Source: Eledone cirrhosa (lineage: Eukaryota). Taken from it: a stretch of 64,000 bases of DNA. The stretch covers positions 24,552,001-24,616,000 of the forward strand of contig OZ024740.1 of assembly GCA_964016885.1 (NCBI GenBank), read 5' to 3'. Made by a program: the position numbers and the translations under genes. Under the pieces are notes generated by a model that ran no database searches, had not been told where the DNA came from, and worked only from the letters and a program-made list of their open reading frames with translations. Within the stretch, counting starts at the first letter, position 1; every line of letters begins with the position of its first letter. Shown piece after piece: positions 13,267 to 27,405 of this stretch.

Positions 13267-15125
13267 TAATAGTGTCTGGCTACCCCTAGTTTTATAGAAT
13301 ATTACAGAAAACTGAAGAGACTTGATTCTATGCAATCTTATAACTACCGAAACATGCTAAACTTAGGCCATCAGAAATCGCAAATAGAAAATAGATGTAT
13401 TAATGTAAGTATAAACAATAAAAGTGTCCCCAATCATAGATGTTGCGTGCTGTACTTTCTGTGTATTGCTTGTCACTTTGTCACTGTCGATCCTCGGACA
13501 ATTTCAAGAAACAAAAGGAAATATTTAATATATAAAAAAACCTTCCGACAGTTTGAAGTAGTAGGGTTCGTGCTGTTTCATGTTTAGACAAATTTGAATA
13601 AACGGACATTGAAATAGTCTATAAATCATAGGCCAAACGCTTAACAATTTGTGTTCAGACCCTCTTCATTTCGGAGTTTAAATTGCTTTTTATCCTTTCG
13701 GAGATGAAAAGATAGATGCTTTTCCGAGTGTTCTGAGACCTAGTTTGGTCGAATATGTTAGCCCGATACGAGATGACACGCTCTGTGTTTTCTGGCTCAT
13801 GTATTCCGTTTTATCTGTTATAATTAAGTCGAAGAGCGGTTTACAATTTCCATATAGGACTTTGGTGACTTTAACGGATTCAAAACTATTAGCAGCATTG
13901 AGTATCATGTTCCACTATTTTTTAATACATTTTGCTCCATGCCCTGTCAATCTCGGAGCCCTTGAAAAGGATAAAGCCAGAGCCCAATCTATCATGGCGG
14001 AACCACCAAAACGGAGCTTAACTGGTTGGTTAGTGAAAAAGTTTGAATTTTATCATATACAGTATTTGGCTAGGGCCACAGTGTTAAAGAACGTTAACTG
14101 ATAGTGATGTGCAGAACATCTTGATAGCTTTTATAACACCTGCAACCGATAAGTTACCAGTAATACCGACCGGAAATCTTACACTTCGCAAATTCTAAAT
14201 CAGGAAAACAAAATGCTAATCCCCAACGAGTTGCCGAACTTCGAGCAGAAAATCTTTTTCAAAAATTCATTTTCAAATTGATTCAGCACCACAAGTGAAC
14301 AAGATATCGGAAGTATATATTTTCATAAAACCTGGAAATTTATCGACAAATGTTGCCTGACTTAGATTTATTTTCAAAAGCTCATTTTCAAATTGATTGT
14401 ACAGCCGCTCCCACTTCGAACAGGCCACCCTCGAGACCTCACGAGTCTTCGGACACCGTTCTACCAAGTTCCTCAGCAAAATCTGAACGTCAGCAGACAC
14501 GTTGAAGAAGAAGCCGCATAGGTTGATCACTGTTGTAGCGGGTGTTGCTGGCCATTGTCCACGGAAATGTCTTTGCAGTTTTGGCGGCGGAAATATCTTG
14601 CAGTTTTATCCGCGGTAATGTCTTTGCAGTTTTTTTCCGCGGGGTGCAATCCAATCTCCGCTCCACCCTAGGTCCAGAGCCTATCACCCTCTCCCTATCC
14701 TTCTCCCTTTCTTCTGAGGCCCAAGAGTCCTTCCTTTTCCCATCCATTTCCTCTCATTTATCGAATTTGTAGTCCTTTCCTCTAATTTCCCATACAGCGA
14801 GATCTGCCCTTCTTTACCGCTTCACATTTTTCTCATTACTTAATTTTGATTTTATTTTTCGTTTTCATATTAATGTTTTTAAGCCAATTTTGTGAGTGAA
14901 ACACTGGAGGTATATATGTATTTTCTCAAAGACCGAACATTTGTCAATGTGGTACCATTAAATGCCATTGTGAAACTCTAAGATGCAACGGGAAATATTA
15001 CAAGTTGTCATAGATTTGAAGCAATATAAATTAATTGTATGTTAACATATCGACAGCTCATTCTTTCATAATTACAATCTCACATTCAGATAATTCTCTC
15101 TCTATATATGTATAAATGTATATAT

Positions 15126-15495
15126 CTATCTATCTAGGGCGGGTAAAATTCCCGAGACGAGTTCTCTCCAGCGGTCTCTGCCCCTCATTATCGCTGCCAT
15201 GTCCTGTGTCTCCAACAGACCAGTGTCTGTCTTTAGGGCATCAACATATGTTAACCTCGGTCTTCCTCTTCCATTGTATCCATGCAGGGGCTCCCACAGG
15301 AGTACTGAGTGCAGTGTAAACTCTGGATGTCGGTGAGCATGTCCAGCTAACCTCAGTCTTCCTCTTCCGTGTGTACATGCAGGGGCTCCCACAGGAGCAC
15401 TGAGTGCAGCGTCAACTCTGAATGTCGCTGAGCATGTCCAGCTAAACTGTATCCTCTGTGTCACTTTCGAGTTGACTTTTGGGAGGCTCCCGTAT
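15126..15495 (-). mobile_element. RTE-clade LINE 3' fragment with internal tandem duplication
   Basis: Translation GRLRLAGHAHRHPE..LLWEPLHG..RGRPRLTYVDAL..RDRWRELV; (TAGA)n tail. Confidence 0.82.
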
Positions 15496-15513
15496 GGATG
15501 TGTTTGTATATAC

Positions 15514-15578
<65 letters not shown>

Positions 15579-16019
15579 AGTGTGTGTTTATATATCTTAG
15601 GTATATAAACAAATATAACGCACACAATGAAATACACACACATATAGATGCATGCATATGTGAGTGTGTATGTGTGCGAGTGTGTGTGTGTGTGTGTAGG
15701 TATGTGTGTGTGAGTATGTTCACAATGAGAAGCCTCTTTAAACCTAACTTACACACTTCCGAATGGTTGCCAACCTCCACATATGCAGCAGAGCTAAACT
15801 TTTTGCCACATTACTTAGATTCTTATTTTTCCTAGTTAATATTGATTCAATTTCTCTAAAACAAATATGCATACTTCATATTAGTACAATTCTAAATTGA
15901 AACACTTGTATGGTTATACGTATCGTTAGAAAATAGTTTTTCCGCAGGCATTGCTTTAGGGTACATGTGTATGAATGTGTCTCAAAAAACTTGCATACAC
16001 GTATTCATAGACAGAGACA

Positions 16020-17290
<1,271 letters not shown>

Positions 17291-18200
17291 GTCCGTGCGT
17301 ATGTGCATGCTTTTGTATATATATACATATACAGACACAAATATTTAGATAGATATATTAATAATAAATATTAAGATAAACAGGCTGTAAAGAACACAAT
17401 TATATATAATAACTTATATTGTTAGATAGAAATGTGGGGAGGAACTACTGCAATTATCGACTACTTAATTTGATAGATTATCACACATTCGTGAAAGAGT
17501 GTTAAAGATTAGCCAACGATGGAGTATCTGCAATATCATTCAATATCTTAGAAATAGCAGACATACCTTTCTCAATTTTCAGCCCTGAAATGTTAAATAT
17601 AACTGAACTCTCAAGGTCAGACTCTCTCTGGACTTGGAATATCTTAAACAACCACAACAAATTTAAAATATATTTTCTCCTTCTATTTTTCTATACGTTA
17701 TTCGATGAATGGGATCATGCTGAATCAAAATTTTAGAAAAAAAGCTGCAATTGTTTTAGCCACAATGAGTGAAAATGAAACTCCGATTTACAATAGATTT
17801 GAATTCAGAACGTTTTATAGATTCATGTAACCCGTCAAAAACAATTCAGAACAATAATATATTTTTTATTTAATTTTTCTATTCTTTTGTTCAATATTTT
17901 TTCCAATTGGTAAAACAAAAATGTTATTAAAATTAAACCCCCATAGTTGGCTTAAAAACCATTGATAATTATATAAATATGAAAAATAAAGGTAAACACA
18001 AAAGAAATGAGAAAAGGGGTGAATAAAGGACAGATATGGCTGTATGGGAAACTAGATGAGATGTTGGTTCTCATTAATTCAAGCTAGTCAAACGTTCAGA
18101 TTCCTTGCAAATGAACATAAGATTGGTCTCTTGTTTACTTGAAAAGTCCTTATATTTTAATACTTTTAAAGCTGTCATGATAGGTTGTATTATTTTCCAG

Positions 18201-18392
18201 GGGCAGTGGATTGGCAGTATCGGTAGAGGGTCGGACGCCATGCTTTCCAGCAAAGAGTTACGGCCCTTTATGGTCTGAGTTCAAACACCGCCGAGGTTAA
18301 CTTTGCCTTTCATCCTTACGGGGTCGATAAAATAAAATACCAGTATTACACTGGATTAATTGTTGGCCTTGTGGCAAAAGTAGAAATAATTA
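18201..18392 (+). mobile_element. Full-length SINE (Deu/Nin-like) with TSD
   Basis: A box TGGCAGTATCGG, B box, flanking ATTATTTTCCAG duplicated. Confidence 0.92.
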
Positions 18393-18401
18393 TTTTCCAG
18401 T

Positions 18402-18615
18402 GGGCTGTGAAATGACAGTATCGGTATAATGTCCGACACCATGCTTTCCCGCATATTATTTTGGCCCTTTATATTCTGAGTTCAAATCCCACCGATGTTA
18501 GCTTGTCATTCATCCTAACGGGGTCGGTAAAAAACATTACCAGTAATGCACTGTGGTAGTTTTCATTGACTTTCTCTTCTTCTCTTCAAATTGGGCCAAA
18601 AGTAGAGACAATCAT
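18402..18615 (+). mobile_element. Older SINE copy of the same family
   Basis: Diverged A/B boxes and body. Confidence 0.8.
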
Positions 18616-18884
18616 TTTGTGTGGTGGAGTCGAGGGTAAGTGGATTTGTCAATGTAAAATACATTCTACGTGGTAACTGGGTTTTTTTTTACTAGGCGCA
18701 GACAGGATCTGGCTACATGCTATAACACTTCTAGTACAGAATTAACGTTTTATCTCTGTCAAGAAAATCCTCGCAAGGTTTAAGGAAATTTCACGCTGCA
18801 GATCTCTCACACATACAAGCATAGGCAATCACAGACGCTCCCTTAGTTAACACACGCGTATGTATGTATGTATACCCCCCCCCC

Positions 18885-18926
<42 letters not shown>

Positions 18927-19407
18927 GAATAAACATGTTGTCTCTGGGTGTATGGAAACAGAGAGAGAATGAGATATAAAAAAAGAAGAGATGCATGGAA
19001 TAAGCGATAGATAATGCTGGATATAGAAGCCTAGGTATATTATAAGATGTGATGAAAATTGAGAGACAGATGATGAATCAGAGAATGTATGAAATTCTAA
19101 CTGAAATGGTTTTCTATAAGAAATATGTAAGCAAAATATATGTAGTCTTATAGAGAACATTCTAGAAAGAATTCCGAAAACAGTGTAACAGGGAGAAGTG
19201 GATTGAGATAAATAAAGTGTATGCGAAAATGATTTTCAATATAACATTAATATATAACTTATTACAAAATGCATATGTGAGTATATAATTTACTACATAA
19301 CACGAATATTGTCAAAATATATGAAATTGGAATAATATACCACACGATATAGCAGTATATCTATAATTTGTAATAAACGAAGCCAAATTTTACATATTTG
19401 AATTAAT

Positions 19408-19466
<59 letters not shown>

Positions 19467-20218
19467 TGTATATTTGCTTCCTTCCACCACATGGTGTAGT
19501 TATATCAGCTATTATGTCCCTATTATGGCCATAGAATCTGATTCTATCATGTACTCTCTCTCTCTCTCTGTATATATATATAAATGCATATGTATATACA
19601 CACACATAGATATGAAAGTATTTATAGCTACACATACTTACTAAATATATGCATTCATATATGAATGCATTTGTATCTTTGTTTCAATTCATATATATAT
19701 ATATATGTATGTATGTATATATATGTATATATATATCGTTTCTGAATTTGTTTAGCAAGATTCTTTATCTGAAAATGTGTGTTGAAACCGATATTGTTAT
19801 ACTTTGGGAGGGTCATGTTGCTAATAAGAAACACACGGACCAGTGCTTTCGCTCCAATTTATTATAAATTAAATTTATAAATTTAAGAAATTTGTAAATT
19901 TCCGGTTGGTTGGTTGGTTCCACAACGCGACGGTTGTTCATATATTGTCAAACTTCTTCCAGTGACTGGGGATTATTTTCTTTGTTTTATACCTCTCCTT
20001 TATTCTGTCCTACGCCATCTAGTTTTTGTGTGTCACACAGAATAAAATATATATTTCTAATTTAATATCGTGCAACTTTAAAGGAGTAAATTGTACTACT
20101 AACATGCACACACACACACAAGTTCATACATATGACTTTATATATGTGTGTTTCTACCATTACGGATATTACCTTCCAGTGTTCTACATCTCTCTCTCTC
20201 CCTCTTTCTCTCTCTCTC

Positions 20219-21600
<1,382 letters not shown>

Positions 21601-21613
21601 TTGTTGCGGGGTA

Positions 21614-21790
21614 ACAATTGTTTCTACTTTTGGCACAAGGCCAGCAATTATCCCAGTCCTTTATTTTATCGACTCCGTAAGGATGAAAGGCAAATTTAAC
21701 CTCGACGAGATTTGAACTCAGATCAGAAAGGGATGTAACTCTATGTTTCAAAGCATGGCGTCCGACCCTCTACCGATAATACCAATCCAG
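21614..21790 (-). mobile_element. SINE (Deu/Nin-like)
   Basis: Reverse complement of the family consensus. Confidence 0.9.
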
Positions 21791-22224
21791 TTGGGGTAAA
21801 AATGTTGCTGATGATGCATATGATGTTATTGTTGCTTAACCACAGGTATTCGTTATTAATTCATAACACTAGTGAAGGAAAGTCCTCTTGCCGTGAATAC
21901 CTACATAGACACATTTGCATATTTGATGCTGTTGTGGTTGTGGTTATTGTTCATATATGGAAAAGGGTATGGCGTAGCTCTGTTGGTGGTTTTAGTTATT
22001 CGTTTTCGGCACTCTAACCAACATTAGAATTGTGAAGAGTAAGGCAATGGAGGTAATGTGGAGGTTTTAATTTTCCTTTATACAGCTATTCCAATTTCGT
22101 TTTGTTGCTTGTGAAAAAAAAAATACTGAGAAAGCAACAATGGAGAATTATGGAATAGACATATTTGCATATTTAGTAATATTCTTTATATTTCCCCTGT
22201 TGTTAAGGGAATACATATGAAGGA

Positions 22225-22278
<54 letters not shown>

Positions 22279-22462
22279 GTGTGTGCGTGTATGTGTGCGT
22301 ATTTTCTGATTGAGCGTGAGTGAGTGTGTTAGTATATTCATATGTATTAACACACACACATACACACACATATATATATTTGTGTGTGTGTGTGTGTATG
22401 GGTGTATGTGTGCGTATTTTATGTTGGAGCGTGAGTGAGTGTGTGAGTATAATCATATGTAT

Positions 22463-22571
<109 letters not shown>

Positions 22572-22591
22572 TATATATATTAATATATATA

Positions 22592-22637
<46 letters not shown>

Positions 22638-22886
22638 TATATATATTAATATATATATTAATATATATATATATATATATTAATATATATATTAATATAT
22701 ATTAATATATATATAAATATATATATAATATATTAATATATATATAAACATATATACATCCATATGCATTCATTACTTGGTATTCACAATGTACAAATTG
22801 TTGTGTAGACTTCCATTTCTGCCCATTATAGCCAGAGGTAGCACTTAAGCCAAATCTAGCCTACGGTGTTTCGAAATAACAACTTA

Positions 22887-23005
<119 letters not shown>

Positions 23006-23514
23006 TTTTTAGCATTACTGTTATTGGCAATGATGTTGTTTTTATTTGCATTTCGTTATGTAAATATGTATGTGTGTATATGTATGTATGTGTGAATGTA
23101 AATATGTACGTGTGTATATGTAAGTACGTGTGCATATGCATGTATGTGTGAATGTAAATATGTATCTGTGCATATGTATGTATGTGTGAATGTAAATATG
23201 GATGTGTGTATATATTTGTATGTGTAAATGTACATATGTATGTGTGTATATGTATGTATGTATGTATAAGTATGTATAAGTGTGTATGTATGAATGTAAA
23301 TATGTATGTGTGCGAATGTGTGAGTGTGGGCGCATATGTGCGTGAGTGTATATCTGTGTGATTGTGTGTTTGTGTGTGTGTGTGTGGTTGTGTAACTGTA
23401 CGTGCATGCGTATATATTTTTTCTGTGTGTGTATATGTATTTAGATATTGTTCATTGTATTTCGTGGTGTTACAATTGCCGTGAGGGTTGTTAGTATAGT
23501 TGGTATTGATTCTT

Positions 23515-24402
23515 CTTGTTGTTGTTGTGGTCGCCATTTCAGTTGTTGTTATCGTTGTCACCATTTTGTTGCTGTTGTTGTAGTTATAGTTATTGTCGCC
23601 ATTTTGTTGCTGTTGTTGTTGTTGTGGTCGCCATTTCAGTTGTTGTTGTTATTGTTGTCACCATTTTGTTGCTGTTGTTGTTGTTGTCGTAGTTATAGTT
23701 GTCGCCATTTTGTTGCTGTTGTTGTTGTAGTTATAGATGTCACCATTTTGTTGCTGTTGTTGTTGTTGTTGTTTTGGTCGACATTTCAGTTGTTGTTGTT
23801 ATTGTTGTCACCATTTTGTTGCTGTTGTTGTTGTTGTTGTTATAGTTGTCGCCATTTTGTTGCTGTTGTTGTTGTAGTTATAGATGTCACCATTTTGTTG
23901 CTGTTGCTGTTGTTGTTGTTTTGGTCGACATTTCAGTTGTTGTTGTTATTGTTGTCACCATTTTGTTGCTGTTGTTGTTGTTGTAGTTATAGTTGTTGTC
24001 GCCATTTTGTTGCTGTTGTTGTTGTTTTGGTCGCCATTTCAGTTGTTGTTGTTATTGTTGTCACCATTTTGTTACTGTTTTTTTTATGTTGTAGTTATAG
24101 TTGTAGCCATTTTGTTGCTGTTGTTGTTGTAGTTATAGATGTCACCATTTTGTTGCTGTTGTTGTTGTTGTTGTTTTGGTCGACATTTCAGTTGTTGTTG
24201 TTATTGTTGTCACCATTTTGTTGCTGGTGTTGTTGTTGTTGTTGTAATTATAGTTGTCGCCATTTTGTTGCTGTTGTTGTTGTAGTTATAGATGTCACCA
24301 TTTTGTTGCTGTTGTTGTTGCTGTTGTTTTGGTCGACATTTCAGTTGTTGTTGTTATTGTTGTCACCATTTTGTTGCTGTTGTTATTGTTGTTGTTGTTG
24401 TA
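23515..24402. repeat. GTT-rich minisatellite of variable unit length
   Basis: Recurring blocks GTCACCATTTTGTTGCTG, GGTCGACATTTCAG and GTAGTTATAG separated by (GTT)n. Confidence 0.93.
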
Positions 24403-24617
24403 GATATAGTTGGGAGCGAATTAGATAGAATATAATCTCATTCACTTTGTTTTACCACACCCTGATAGGTAAAAATACAAATTTGGCCATACCAAACTTT
24501 GTATTCAGATTATATACATACATATGTACAAAACCACACAGGTATACATATATATGTATATGTATATGTATATATATATATTTAAAAAAATATATATATA
24601 TATATATATATATGTAG

Positions 24618-24703
24618 GAGGTGAGTTTTATTGTAGCACAATAAAGCAATGCAAATATCGGATAAGTAGCACTCAACAGTTTATAGGACTGGAGTATAAA
24701 TAA

Positions 24704-24710
<7 letters not shown>
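24618..24710 (-). mobile_element. Solo tail fragment of family B
   Basis: Near-identical to 12631-12714; between (TA)n tracts; TTGAGTGC motif on the minus strand. Confidence 0.8.
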
Positions 24711-24743
<33 letters not shown>

Positions 24744-24748
<5 letters not shown>

Positions 24749-25176
24749 ACTAGAAATTGATTGACATATAATTAAACATATAATTAAACACAGATCGCTG
24801 GACCACTTCCTTGTTGAAAATCCAGGACCTGGCTACTGTCGTTTACTAATCAATTAATTGGTGAAATATATTTCTTTAATGGAATAGATACGAGGAAGAT
24901 TAATCAAATTATAAGGTATCTATTTTTGAAGTTCTAGTTAAACTTTATTTAGTTACCTACCTAGCTATGTGTGCTTACACACTTTTACAAATTACCCCTG
25001 TGATTGTTTCATATGTTTAATTATATGTCAATCAATTTCTAGTTGATATAAAATGCTCGGATCTACTCATTAGAATGTTGGAGCATATTTTACGGGTGAT
25101 ATGGCGCATGTCTATCTGACATGACACCCTTCATTTAATTTGATTTAATTTAATTTAATTCAATTTATCTTAATTT

Positions 25177-25178
<2 letters not shown>
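24744..25178 (+). mobile_element. Fold-back element with about 45-bp inverted arms and a tail
   Basis: TATCAACTAGAAATTGATTGACATATAATTAAACATAT at 24744 is inverted at about 25011-25050; between (TA)n tracts; no clear hammerhead. Confidence 0.65.
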
Positions 25179-25223
<45 letters not shown>

Positions 25224-25844
25224 AAAAAAAGATGAAATCGAAAATGCAACTGGAGTCTTATTTTTAAATATATATATATATTTATTTGGTTCCTTTGCCG
25301 ATTTCGCAGTTCTTCTGCTTTTCAAAAGTAGAGTTGAGATGGAGGGTCTGTGGTTTTTCTCACATCTGGTTGGTTTCTGAATGTTACATGTTTTATATGG
25401 AAAAAGTGGCTCGAAATGCCAGCTTTTTCGAGAAGTAATTTGATTGGTTGGCCAATAATTATAATATATTTCGCGCCAGTTCGCGTTACAAAGTTCTTCA
25501 AACAAGGGGGGAGGTGTCACAGGTTGTTTTTTCATATATGAGTGTTTGAATTTCTTTTTACTTAAAAAAAGGGGGCTCACGAAGGCTTTATTTTAATAAA
25601 CGTAATTTGATTGGTTATAAAAGAAATTATGGCTGTCACGTGAACAAGTTATCATAAAATGTTCGCGCTCTTATTTGGAAATCTATTCTGTAGCCTTTTT
25701 AGAGAATCTTATGACAAGCAAAAGATAATGGTCAAGAGAAATTGGATGGGAGAATTGTTCTGGTTCAGTGAATATGGTTAGTTCGCTGGGGTGTCAGAAT
25801 TCAGATTTTCTATTGAATAAAGAAAGTAAAGCTATGTATGTTTA

Positions 25845-25847
<3 letters not shown>

Positions 25848-25938
<91 letters not shown>
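25848..25938. repeat. (GT)n microsatellite
   Basis: Direct reading. Confidence 0.97.
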
Positions 25939-25940
<2 letters not shown>

Positions 25941-26005
25941 AATTTCTTTTTACTTAAAAAAAAGGGGGGCTCACGAAGGCTTTTTTTAAATATATATATA
26001 TATAT

Positions 26006-26199
26006 ATAGGAACGAGTAGGACCCCGACGGCTGAGCTCAAGCCGTTTCGACGGCTAATTCTGAGTCCAGAATTAGCCGTCGAAACGGTTTGAGCTCAGCC
26101 GTCGGGGTCCTACTCGTTCTTATTACCCACTCTACTACCCTAAGTATTGAGTACTTTGGTGCGTTATAGTTGACCTGGTTCCTTACCACATTTCCTTCG

Positions 26200-26203
<4 letters not shown>
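26006..26203 (+). mobile_element. GC-rich fold-back element containing the 3' half of a hammerhead, with tail
   Basis: 57-bp near-perfect arms around an AGTC loop (26063-26066); GAAA-CGG(T/C)TTGAGCTCA-GCCG-TC; tail TATTGAGTAC; 3' end related to 55396-55430. Confidence 0.8.
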
Positions 26204-26262
<59 letters not shown>

Positions 26263-26317
26263 ATATATATATATATAAATATACATATACATTTATATAT
26301 ATACTGTATATATATAT

Positions 26318-26367
<50 letters not shown>

Positions 26368-26370
<3 letters not shown>

Positions 26371-26826
26371 GATATTCTATTTAAATTGTTGGGATACAAC
26401 AAGCAAATATTTTCATAACTGATATAAGGCACTCAACAAATAATTTGAGTAAAAATACGATATTAACAAATGGAAACTATATTTATAGAACCATATTTAT
26501 TTCATTATACATATTTCAAGGACACCAAGTTAAATTATGGCGTGCTTTCATCAGATAAAATATAATATAGAGCAGTTTTATAAATAAATATTGACATACC
26601 CTTAAAGAATGCGACCATTACTGTTGGAAGCTCCCGGATAGTCTATCCGGGAGCTTCCAACATATAATGGTCGCATTCTTTAAGGGTATGTCAATATTTA
26701 TTTATAAAACTGCTCTATATTATATTTTATCTGATGAAAGCACGCCATAATTTAACTTGGTGTCCTTGAAATATGTATAATGAAATAAATATGGTTCTAT
26801 AAATATAGTTTCCATTTGTTAATATC

Positions 26827-26830
<4 letters not shown>
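26368..26830. mobile_element. Fold-back family A element (copy 2), intact hammerheads on both strands
   Basis: Near-perfect palindrome at about 26455-26830 centred near 26642; hammerheads at 26498-26562 (-) and 26723-26787 (+); tail 26368-26454. Confidence 0.9.
26723..26787 (+). ncRNA. Minimal type I hammerhead ribozyme (family A)
   Basis: TATTTTAT-CTGATGA-AAGCACGCCA..TGGTGTCCTT-GAAA-TATGTA-TA-ATGAAATA. Confidence 0.88.
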
Positions 26831-26885
<55 letters not shown>

Positions 26886-27021
26886 AAAGTTAAACAAGGT
26901 TCAATGAATACATCAAAGAATGAGTTTTACAATAGATTGGAATAACTCAACAGTGAGGTTTTCCAGAGTTATTAATATTAATTCAAAATATTATTAAAAT
27001 AGATATTCTTGTGATCAATTA

Positions 27022-27088
27022 TATTTTATTATACATATTTCAGAGGTACTGAGTTAAGTTCAACAGTACGTCCTCATCAGATAAAATA
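27022..27088 (-). ncRNA. Minimal type I hammerhead ribozyme in a pLTR-like fragment (about 26883-27152)
   Basis: Minus strand reads TATTTTAT-CTGATGA-GGACGTACTG..CAGTACCTCT-GAAA-TATGTA-TA-ATAAAATA. Confidence 0.85.
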
Positions 27089-27155
27089 AGATGATGCATG
27101 ACAAACCCTGACATATTAGATGGTTAAGATTCAGTCATGCTAGTGACTGAATATA

Positions 27156-27312
27156 TATAAGGGAAAAAGATGAAATCGAAAATGCAATTGGAGTCTTTTT
27201 AAGAATATTTTTAGAAAGACTCCAGTTGCATTTTCGATTTCATCTTTTTCCTTTATACTTTCACTCGTGTAGGTCATCACGTTTTTTTTTCATTTAAAAG
27301 AAAACCTCATCT

Positions 27313-27320
<8 letters not shown>
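27156..27320 (+). mobile_element. Short fold-back element with tail
   Basis: About 45-bp inverted arms spanning 27156-27257; the same arm sequence occurs at 25221-25265. Confidence 0.7.
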
Positions 27321-27396
<76 letters not shown>

Positions 27397-27405
27397 ATAT
27401 ATATA

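Noticed and set aside
23448-24428. 326-aa Leu/Cys/Val ORF
   Set aside because: A GTT minisatellite; the composition switches with frame slips.
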